From a virus (lineage: Duplodnaviria > Caudoviricetes): a DNA stretch of 53,879 nucleotides. Each line of letters starts with the position of its first letter. Position 1 is the first letter of the stretch. The notes under the pieces are model-generated. The model saw nothing but the letters and a program-made list of their open reading frames with translations. It ran no database searches and had not been told where the DNA came from. Location: IMG/VR virus record IMGVR_UViG_3300044260_000021, positions 1-53,879 of that record, one strand, 5' to 3'. Of the stretch, positions 35,320 to 43,138 are shown one piece after another. Made by a program: the position numbers and the translations under genes.

Positions 35320-36206
35320 CACTTTCCACGAACCCGGCCGTCGCGACGTACAGCACCCGCACCATGTACGTGACGCCGAACGAATTCCTGAACGCGCCTA
35401 CGGGCGTCGATACGAACTCCCTGGTGCCCGGCGACGTGGCGAAGTCCCGGCAGGCGCTGGTGATGCAGCTGCAGCGGGCGTCCGCGGCCGTGGACAACCT
35501 GTGTCAGAAGGTGATCGCCGCGACGGTAGACACCGAATCCGGCTACTACCGGGTGCAGAACCATAGGGCGCTGGGGCCGGTGCTGCGCATCCCGCTGAAA
35601 TACACCCCGATTATTAACGTGGCCGCCGTCAAGGTCGGCCCGACCCCGGCGGGCCTGTCCGCGCTTACCGACCTGTCGAACCTGGCCTACGGCCCCAAGG
35701 TCGTTACCGTGCCGCTGGCCGGGGCGTCCCCGTGCCTGACCGGCTGGTCCGGCTATCAGCACGCCGTGGTGTCCTACGTCAACGGCTGGGCGAACACGGC
35801 CCTGACCGCCACGGCCGCGACCGGCGCCACGACCCTGAACGTGGCGTCCGCGCTCGGCATCGCCCCGGGCATGCAGCTGAACGTCCAGTCCGCGACGGCC
35901 GCGGAAACCGTGACCGTGGACGCCGCGTTCGTCCCCACCGTGTCCGGCATCAACGTGGCCGTGCCGATCACCACCCCCCTGGTGGGCGCCTACGCCGCCG
36001 GGGACACCGTGACAGCGTTCCCGCAGGACATCAAAGAGGCCACCATCCTGCTGGCTAAAGCGTTCATCAAGACGCGCGGTTCGGCCGCCGTCGTGCTGTC
36101 GTCCCTGTCCGGCCAGCCCGGCCACGTGGACCAGCTGGAATCCGGCGTGGCGTCCGACCTGGACCTGGCCCGGATGCTGCTGGAACCGTTCAAGCGGGTG
36201 GCCTGA
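35316..36206 (+). CDS. Head-to-tail adaptor with inserted beta domain
   Basis: YVTPNEF..., ASAAVDNLC, YVNGW, PQDIKEATILL; position. Confidence 0.75.
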   Translation: MTLSTNPAVATYSTRTMYVTPNEFLNAPTGVDTNSLVPGDVAKSRQALVMQLQRASAAVDNLCQKVIAATVDTESGYYRVQNHRALGPVLRIPLKYTPIINVAAVKVGPTPAGLSALTDLSNLAYGPKVVTVPLAGASPCLTGWSGYQHAVVSYVNGWANTALTATAATGATTLNVASALGIAPGMQLNVQSATAAETVTVDAAFVPTVSGINVAVPITTPLVGAYAAGDTVTAFPQDIKEATILLAKAFIKTRGSAAVVLSSLSGQPGHVDQLESGVASDLDLARMLLEPFKRVA

Positions 36207-36706
36207 TGGGCCGCGCTACAGTCCGGGCCGCGCTCGTGTCGTTCCTGTCCGGCATCACCGGGATAACGACCCTTTACAAAGACGCGCCGTGGGAAATGCT
36301 GGGCGATAACTGGTCCAACCCGGCCACCGGCCTGGCGGGCACCCCGGCGTTCCTGCACCTGAACACGAACAGCGAATCCCGGGTGACGCTGGGCGGGCCT
36401 GGCGCCGGACAAAAGCAGGTCATTTATGACGCGTCCCTGATGCTGCTTTACCAGTACGTGATCCCTGCGGACGCGGCCAGTAAAGACGTGTGGGTGGACG
36501 GGCTGGACGCCCTGCTGGACGCCGTGGTGGGCCGTATCCGTTCGGACCCGTCGTTCGGGACCGGCCACGGCGGCGTGATCTGGCAGGCGGGCGAAGACAA
36601 CAACGACATTGTGGTGTCGTCGGACCTGCCGCACACGTCCGACGGCGGGCTGATCCTGGCGTGGAACCGTGTTGACTTCAAGGTTCGCGAAATCGTGGTG
36701 GCCTAA
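36206..36706 (+). CDS. Tail terminator / neck protein
   Basis: RAALVSFL...LDALLDAVVGRIRSDPSFG; position. Confidence 0.65.
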   Translation: MGRATVRAALVSFLSGITGITTLYKDAPWEMLGDNWSNPATGLAGTPAFLHLNTNSESRVTLGGPGAGQKQVIYDASLMLLYQYVIPADAASKDVWVDGLDALLDAVVGRIRSDPSFGTGHGGVIWQAGEDNNDIVVSSDLPHTSDGGLILAWNRVDFKVREIVVA

Positions 36707-37129
36707 GTGGTCAGGGTCCGTTCCCGGTACGCCCGGCGCGGGCAGACCGGCCGGAAGGCCACCGGGCGGCGCCGGGTCCACCGCCGCGTCACGGTCCACC
36801 ACCGCCACCACCGCCGCTATGCAGGCATCCGCAGCGGGCCACGGCGCAAGCCGACCCGCCGCCACACCAGCCTGCACCACCGGGCCGCCCGGCGCCCCGG
36901 GCTGCGGCACAAGCGCACGGCCCGCCACGGCCCCGCCCTGCGGCGCAAAACGACCCACCGGCACATCACCCGCCGCCACGGCCTGAAACACCCGCACAAG
37001 GGCGTCCACGGCCACCACGCGTTCCACGGCCGCCGGAAAACGACGCACCGCAAGGCGCTGAAATCCGCGAACCGCGGCTACACGCCCCCGCCCGCAATCA
37101 CGGGGGCGTCCTACCTGTCCATGTTCTGA
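36707..37129 (+). CDS. Arg/His/Lys-rich protamine-like protein
   Basis: Fills the gap between two structural genes; C/G-ending codons (CAC, CGC, ACC, AAG); by hand 34 R, 20 H, 9 K, 0 D/E in 140 aa. Confidence 0.7.
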   Translation: MVRVRSRYARRGQTGRKATGRRRVHRRVTVHHRHHRRYAGIRSGPRRKPTRRHTSLHHRAARRPGLRHKRTARHGPALRRKTTHRHITRRHGLKHPHKGVHGHHAFHGRRKTTHRKALKSANRGYTPPPAITGASYLSMF

Positions 37130-37140
37130 AAGGCCCCACC

Positions 37141-37440
37141 ATGACCACCAGCTACGTCTTTACCGGCGCCTACCCGCGCGCCCTGTTCGGCCTGTCCGTC
37201 GGCGTGAATGCGCAGATCGTCAAGGCCGACGGGTCCGTGCCGCCGGTCGGTTCCACGGTCGAAGCCGCGCAGGGCGACCGGATCACCACCACGGCGCCCT
37301 ACCCCCACCCGGAACTGGCCGAAGCGGACCCCGCGCCCGCCGACGGCCCCGCCGACGCCCCCGCCCCGGAAACCCCGGCAGACACCGCGCCCGCGGCCGA
37401 CGCCATGACCAGCGAGGGCGCACCCGCGCCGACCGCATAA
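37141..37440 (+). CDS. Hypothetical virion-region protein with acidic Pro/Ala tail
   Basis: GAAAGG RBS. Confidence 0.72.
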   Translation: MTTSYVFTGAYPRALFGLSVGVNAQIVKADGSVPPVGSTVEAAQGDRITTTAPYPHPELAEADPAPADGPADAPAPETPADTAPAADAMTSEGAPAPTA

Positions 37441-37453
37441 GGAGTAACCAGCT

Positions 37454-38452
37454 ATGACAACCACCCCCACCCCGCTGCCGGGGAACCTGCAGTGGCTTGG
37501 CCTTGCCAAAGAAACGACCTACGGCACCGCCATTGCCACCCCGACCGTCTGGATTCCGGTCGATTCGCCCAAGTTCGCCCGCAAGGTCACGGCCCTGAAA
37601 GACCAGGCACTGCGCGGCGTCATGTCCACCACGTTCGGCCAGGTGCAGGGCATGGCCTATTCCGAACTGGGCTACAAAACCTACGTCTACGGGGACAGTG
37701 TGTTTCAGCACTTCCTGGCGGCGCTGGGCGGCACTGACACCGTGTCCGGCACCGTGGCCCCGTACACGCACAAGGTCAGCGTCTACAACACCACGGACGC
37801 GACCCACACGGCGCAGCCGACCAGCTGGACGGGCTTTCTGTACCAGGCCGACGGCAAGGTGCAGCAGATCCCCGGCATGATCCTGGCCGACCTGAAACTG
37901 ACCATCAAGGCCAACGAAGCGCCCACCCTGGACGTGCAGTGGCAGGGCCTGACCGGCACGTTCATTACCGCCCCGACGAACACCCCGTCCACCACGCAGA
38001 TGATGCCCCCGTGGACGGCAAGCGTCAGCATCGGCGGCGCGCAGGCCAACCAGTACACCGGCCTGACTGTGGACATCAAGCGCAACACGAAGCCCGTCCC
38101 GGTCCTGAACGGTTCCCAGTCGCCGCTGGCGATCTACGGCGGCCCCGTCACCGTCACCGGCACGTTCGACGCGCTCTACCAGGGCAGCACCGACTACGAC
38201 CTGTCCGCGCTGATCGCGAACACGCAGCCCGTGCTGTCCGCGTCGATCTACGCGCAGGGCGACGTTACGCACCCGCTGACCCTGCAAATGTCCAAGATCG
38301 CTTACGACTCCGCGGACCCGCAGCCGTCGAACACGGACTGGATCACGATTCAGTCCGCGTGGGAAGCCCTCGCGAACAGCACCGACGCGCTGGATTCGAA
38401 GCTGTCGCCTATTCAGGTGCAGCTGCTGAACACCGTAGTTACCCCGTTCTAA
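37454..38452 (+). CDS. Major tail tube protein
   Basis: WLGLAKETTYGTA N-terminus; AAGGAG RBS; position. Confidence 0.88.
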   Translation: MTTTPTPLPGNLQWLGLAKETTYGTAIATPTVWIPVDSPKFARKVTALKDQALRGVMSTTFGQVQGMAYSELGYKTYVYGDSVFQHFLAALGGTDTVSGTVAPYTHKVSVYNTTDATHTAQPTSWTGFLYQADGKVQQIPGMILADLKLTIKANEAPTLDVQWQGLTGTFITAPTNTPSTTQMMPPWTASVSIGGAQANQYTGLTVDIKRNTKPVPVLNGSQSPLAIYGGPVTVTGTFDALYQGSTDYDLSALIANTQPVLSASIYAQGDVTHPLTLQMSKIAYDSADPQPSNTDWITIQSAWEALANSTDALDSKLSPIQVQLLNTVVTPF

Positions 38453-38530
38453 CCGGCCGGTGCCCGGCAGCCCACCCGCTGCCGGGCACCACGCCACCCA
38501 CCATTCACCGATTCCCTGCAGGAGCAAATT

Positions 38531-39040
38531 ATGTCTATCACCGTCCAGATTCCCGGCGGCACCGCCGAACTTCTCACCACCGACGAAATGACGCCCCGCC
38601 GTCAGCGCGCAACGCAGGTTATCGCCCTGCAGGCGTCCCCCCTCATGAAAAAGCTGAACCGGGCGGGCACCCTGACCCTGCCCGACGGGTCCGTGAAAGA
38701 GAACCCCGCCGCTGGCGTGGACGCCCTGCCGGACATCGAACTGTCCGAAACTGAGGCTGCGCTGTTCTTCAAGATCACGGACGCGTCGATCTACGCCCAC
38801 CTGAAATCGTGGACCCTGACGAACCCGGACGGCACCCCGCTGGCCCGCCCGGAAACCATCGACGCCGTGCAGGACATGCCCAGCCCCGTCTATGACGCCC
38901 TTTCCGCGGCGATCAACGCCATGCAGCCCGTCGCCGCCCAGTTCGAACCGTCCGATTCGACGGTGGCGGACCCGGCAAGCCCTTTTGGGGAATCCGCAAG
39001 CTCACCGACGGACTCGCCAGTGGCGGCACCGTCCAGCTAG
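38531..39040 (+). CDS. Tail assembly chaperone (gpG-like)
   Basis: After the major tail gene; slippery C-CCT-TTT near the end. Confidence 0.8.
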   Translation: MSITVQIPGGTAELLTTDEMTPRRQRATQVIALQASPLMKKLNRAGTLTLPDGSVKENPAAGVDALPDIELSETEAALFFKITDASIYAHLKSWTLTNPDGTPLARPETIDAVQDMPSPVYDALSAAINAMQPVAAQFEPSDSTVADPASPFGESASSPTDSPVAAPSS

Positions 39041-39243
39041 GCCCACGGATGGCGCGCTGGGTCCGGGAGTACCGCTACCGGCGCGCCATGGGCGGCACCC
39101 ATGACGACTACATGGACACCCCCGAAGAAATCATTGAGGCCATGATCCGGGTGCATGACGCCTACCAGGAGGCCGAAGCCCGCGCGAATAAACGCGCGTC
39201 CGCCCCGGCCCCGCCCGGCCCGTCCGTTCCGCAAATTCTCTAG
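38980..39243 (+). CDS. -1 frameshift extension of the tail chaperone (gpGT-like)
   Basis: CCCTTTT at 38980-38986; the -1 frame is open (W G I R K L T D...) into ORF 39049-39243. Confidence 0.78.
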   Translation, partial: PFWGIRKLTDGLASGGTVQLGPRMARWVREYRYRRAMGGTHDDYMDTPEEIIEAMIRVHDAYQEAEARANKRASAPAPPGPSVPQIL

Positions 39244-39252
39244 GAGGCGCCC

Positions 39253-39684
39253 GTGTCGCTGGGATTCAAGGGCGCCGAATGGATCGGCCTGGACCAGATG
39301 CACGCCGCGTTCGCGCGGATCGGGGCGGGCGTGGACATCGCGGCGCAGCGGAACGTCGTGGACGCGTCCGCGTTCCTGATCAAAGAGGCCATGAACAACT
39401 TCGAAGGCGCCCACGCCAAGGGCGAACCCCACGTGGGCGGCCCGAAGCCGAACATCGTCACGGGCACGCTGCGCCGGTCCATCATCGGCACGGGCGTGAA
39501 ACACGAAGGCATGGCCTCATATTCCAACGAAGTCGGCCCGACCGCCCGTTATGGGCGGCGGGTCGAACTGGGCATGCCCGGCATGGGCGGCGCCTACCCG
39601 TTCTTTGGCCCCGCGGTCGCCGTTACCCGCCGCGTTATGCCCGCCATCGCCACATCAAACTGGGGCCGCTACGTGCTGCCCTGA
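39253..39684 (+). CDS. HK97 gp10-like tail completion protein
   Basis: P..VTGTLRRSI...VGPTARYGRRVELG...AYPFFGPA. Confidence 0.8.
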   Translation: MSLGFKGAEWIGLDQMHAAFARIGAGVDIAAQRNVVDASAFLIKEAMNNFEGAHAKGEPHVGGPKPNIVTGTLRRSIIGTGVKHEGMASYSNEVGPTARYGRRVELGMPGMGGAYPFFGPAVAVTRRVMPAIATSNWGRYVLP

Positions 39685-39696
39685 TTGGAGTAAACC

Positions 39697-42600
39697 GTGT
39701 CCGGTTTCCTGCCGCCCGTCGTCATGAAAATCATGGCCGACGGCAACCAGTTCATCACCGAACAGGGCCGCATCACCGCCGCCATGGACCACGCCGCGGC
39801 AAACGCGATCAAGACGGCAGAAACCGAAGCGCAGGCCGCCCGCACGGCCGCGGCCGCCGCGAAGATCGCCGCCGACGAACAGGTGCTGGCCGCCGACACC
39901 GCCGCGAAGGCCGCCGCGGTCGCCGCCGACAAAACAGTGGCCGCGCAGGAAAAAGCCGCGGCCCTGACCGGCGCCGCGCAGGAGCGGGCCGCCCGCCAGG
40001 CAGAACTGGCAGGCGCCCGCCAGATGGAAGCAGCGAACAAAGCCGCGGTGGCAGCCGCGGCAGCTGCCGACAAGCAGGTGGCCGCGCAGGACGCCATCAG
40101 GGTGGCGGACGAAAAGACCGCCGCCGCAGCTGAGGCGTCCGCGGCCCGCGGCGCCGGGTCCGGGTCCGGGAAGGCCGCCACGTCCATGGCTATGGGCGGC
40201 ACGGTCATGGCCGCCGGGCTGGCTGTGGCCGCCGGGGAAGCCGTGAACCAGGCCGCGAAGTACGAAAAGGCGACCACGCTGCTGCAGACGGCAGGTGGCG
40301 AACTGGCGTCCAACATGGCGACGGTCCGCGACGGGCTGCTGCAGGTAGCGCAGGCCACCGGCACGTCCACGGAACAGCTGACCGAAGGCATGTACACGGT
40401 CGAAAAGGCGGGCTACCGGGGCGCTGACGGCCTGAACGTTCTTAAGATGGCCGCGGAAGGCGCGAAGGCCGAAAACGTGGACCTGGGCACCATGACGCAG
40501 GCCCTTACGTCGATCATGACCTCATACCACCTTGGGGCCGACCAGGCAACCAGCGCGACGAACATGCTGGTGGCCGGTGCGGGTGCTGCCAAGGAAACCA
40601 TGCAGAACTACGCGGGCGCCCTGTCCACGGTCCTGCCGGTGGCGTCCGCCGCCGGGATTGGTTTCGACCAGGTGGGCGGCGCGATCGCGACCCTGACGCA
40701 GCACGGCACGTCCGCCGCGGAATCGACGCAGGAACTCGCGAACACCATTCGCGGCCTGCAGGCGCCTAACAACGTGGCCGTGAACGCCATGCAGCAGCTG
40801 GGCATCAACGTGACCGACCTGACCACGAACCTGGGCAGCCGGGGCCTGACCGGAACCCTGGACATTGTGACGCAGGCCATCGCGAACCACCTGGGGCCGG
40901 GCGGCACCGTGCTGGTGGACACCATGAAAAAGTCCGCGACCGCGACCGCCGACCTGCAGACCATGATGTCGAAAATGCCCCCGGCGCTGGCCGAATCCGC
41001 GAAGGCATTTCTGAACGGCGAAATCGGCCAGAAAGCGTTCCAGAAGTCGTTCAAAGACATGGGCGCCGAAGGGTCCGCGCAGGGCAAACAGTTCATGACT
41101 CTGGCGCAAACCGTGTCCGGCTACAACGACAAAATCAAGGCTGGCGGCCCGGCCGCGGAAACCGCGACGGCGGCCCTGAAATCCATCATGGGCGGCGCCA
41201 CGGGCATGAACACGGCCCTGATGCTGACCGGCGAAAACATGGACGGCTTCAAGGCCCGCGTCGAAGAAGTGTCGAAGGCCGGGAAAGAAAACGGGTCGGA
41301 CCTGACCACGTGGGCGCAGACACAGCAAACCCTGTCCGTCCAGTCCGACAAAACGGCGCAGTCGTTCGAATCCCTCGCCATCAAGATGGGCAACATGCTG
41401 GCCCCGGCGGCTAAAACCGTCATGGGCGCCATGCAGGGCGTGTTCGACTTTTTCGCCCAGCACCAAGCCGGAGCCGTAGCACTCGGCGTATCCCTGGCCG
41501 TGGTGGCTACCAGCCTCATTGGCATGTTCGTGGTGTCCAAACTCGTAGGCGTGTTCACCGAATTCAGTCAAGCGCTCGGCGTAGTCCGCACGGCGCTGTT
41601 TGGTGCCGCGGAAGCACAAACGGCGCTGGACGCTGCTGAGACTGCCAACCCCATCGGCTTGGTCATTATTGCCATAGCGGCGCTGATCGCCGTCATTGTC
41701 CTGCTGGCCGCGAACTGGGACGCGATCGTGAATACGGTCTCAGTGATCTGGGGCGGATTCATCAACTGGGTAATGGAAGTCCTGGGCGGCTTCGTGAACT
41801 GGTGGAACGAAGTCTGGGGCGGATTCGGGAACTGGATTCAAGAAGTCTGGGGCGGATTCGTCAACTGGATCATGGACACCTGGAACGGTTTCACCGGCTG
41901 GCTGATGGGTATCGTCAACGGCCTGATGGGCTGGTGGTCCGGGGTCTGGTCCGGGCTGTCGGCCGGGGTCGAAGCCGGGGTGAACGCCGTCCTGGGCGTC
42001 GTGAACGGATTCCTGGGATTCCTGGGGGCGATCTGGGACGCGTATTGGAACGGCCCGTTCGGGCAGCTGATCATCGCCGTTTTCAACCTGATCATGACCA
42101 TTATTCAGGTGGCGCTGGCGTGGATCGGCGTCGCGATCCGCACGGCCGTAGACGCGATCAGTTCGGCCTGGAACACGGCATGGTCGGCCATTTCGGGATT
42201 CTTCGCCGGAATCTGGAACGGAATCGTCGGCTTCATCACCGCCTATATTGGCCTGGTCCGGGCGATCATCACCGCCGAACTGAACTTCATTTCGGGTGTG
42301 TGGAACGCGATCTGGGGCGCCGTGTCGTCGTTCTTTTCCGCGATCTGGGCCGGAATTGTCGGCTTCGTGACCGGCGCCGCGCAGGCTGTGTTCAACGCCA
42401 TTTCAGGGCCGCTGAACGCCGCCTGGGGCTTCGTCGCTGGCGTGCTGGGCGCGATCTGGTCCACGTTCGTTTCGATCTGGGGCCAGGTCGTGTCCACCGT
42501 GTCCGGGGCCTGGGACAACATCGTGTCCGGTATCCGCGGCGGCGTGAACAACGCCGTGTCCGTGGTGTCCGGGCTGGGCGGCCAAATCCTGGACACCCTG

Positions 42601-43065
42601 GGCGGGATCGTGAACGACGCGCTGGGCGCTGGCGGCCGGATCGTGCACGCGATCGCGGACGGCATTACCGGCGCGATCGACACCGTAACCGGGGCGATCA
42701 AAAACGTAACCGACACGATCGCGTCATTCCTGCCGCACTCGCCCGCCAAGCGGGGCGCCCTGTCCGGTTTCGGCTACACGATCTACTCGGGCCGGGCACT
42801 GGTCAAGGACTTCGCGCGCGGCATGCACGATAACGCGCACCTGATCAAACAGGCGTCCGACACCATTACCGGGAGCGTCCGGCTGGGCGGCATCGCCGGG
42901 GACGCTCCCACGTCCGGCGGGCAGGCTGCCGGGGCGCAGGCCGTGAACGGTTCCGCGCCCGGGGGCCGGACGACGGTAAACAACATCACCCTGAACGCGC
43001 AGACGAACGCCAGCGCCGCCCAGATCGTGGGCGAACTTGGCTTTCACCTGGCGCTGCAGGGCTAA
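39697..43065 (+). CDS. Tape measure protein
   Basis: 1122 aa; Ala-rich; TP901-like core; ANPIGLVI; periodic W/F repeats; LPHSPAKRG. Confidence 0.95.
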   Translation: MSGFLPPVVMKIMADGNQFITEQGRITAAMDHAAANAIKTAETEAQAARTAAAAAKIAADEQVLAADTAAKAAAVAADKTVAAQEKAAALTGAAQERAARQAELAGARQMEAANKAAVAAAAAADKQVAAQDAIRVADEKTAAAAEASAARGAGSGSGKAATSMAMGGTVMAAGLAVAAGEAVNQAAKYEKATTLLQTAGGELASNMATVRDGLLQVAQATGTSTEQLTEGMYTVEKAGYRGADGLNVLKMAAEGAKAENVDLGTMTQALTSIMTSYHLGADQATSATNMLVAGAGAAKETMQNYAGALSTVLPVASAAGIGFDQVGGAIATLTQHGTSAAESTQELANTIRGLQAPNNVAVNAMQQLGINVTDLTTNLGSRGLTGTLDIVTQAIANHLGPGGTVLVDTMKKSATATADLQTMMSKMPPALAESAKAFLNGEIGQKAFQKSFKDMGAEGSAQGKQFMTLAQTVSGYNDKIKAGGPAAETATAALKSIMGGATGMNTALMLTGENMDGFKARVEEVSKAGKENGSDLTTWAQTQQTLSVQSDKTAQSFESLAIKMGNMLAPAAKTVMGAMQGVFDFFAQHQAGAVALGVSLAVVATSLIGMFVVSKLVGVFTEFSQALGVVRTALFGAAEAQTALDAAETANPIGLVIIAIAALIAVIVLLAANWDAIVNTVSVIWGGFINWVMEVLGGFVNWWNEVWGGFGNWIQEVWGGFVNWIMDTWNGFTGWLMGIVNGLMGWWSGVWSGLSAGVEAGVNAVLGVVNGFLGFLGAIWDAYWNGPFGQLIIAVFNLIMTIIQVALAWIGVAIRTAVDAISSAWNTAWSAISGFFAGIWNGIVGFITAYIGLVRAIITAELNFISGVWNAIWGAVSSFFSAIWAGIVGFVTGAAQAVFNAISGPLNAAWGFVAGVLGAIWSTFVSIWGQVVSTVSGAWDNIVSGIRGGVNNAVSVVSGLGGQILDTLGGIVNDALGAGGRIVHAIADGITGAIDTVTGAIKNVTDTIASFLPHSPAKRGALSGFGYTIYSGRALVKDFARGMHDNAHLIKQASDTITGSVRLGGIAGDAPTSGGQAAGAQAVNGSAPGGRTTVNNITLNAQTNASAAQIVGELGFHLALQG

Positions 43066-43138
43066 CCCATCCACACCGCTGGCGCGCACCCGTCCATTGT
43101 GACGCGGTGCGCGCCAGCATGCCCCGAAAGGCTGCCAC

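Noticed and set aside
41700-42560. Periodic Trp/Phe repeats and GAAGTCTGGGGCGGATTCG duplication
   Set aside because: Ordinary tape-measure 11-residue periodicity.
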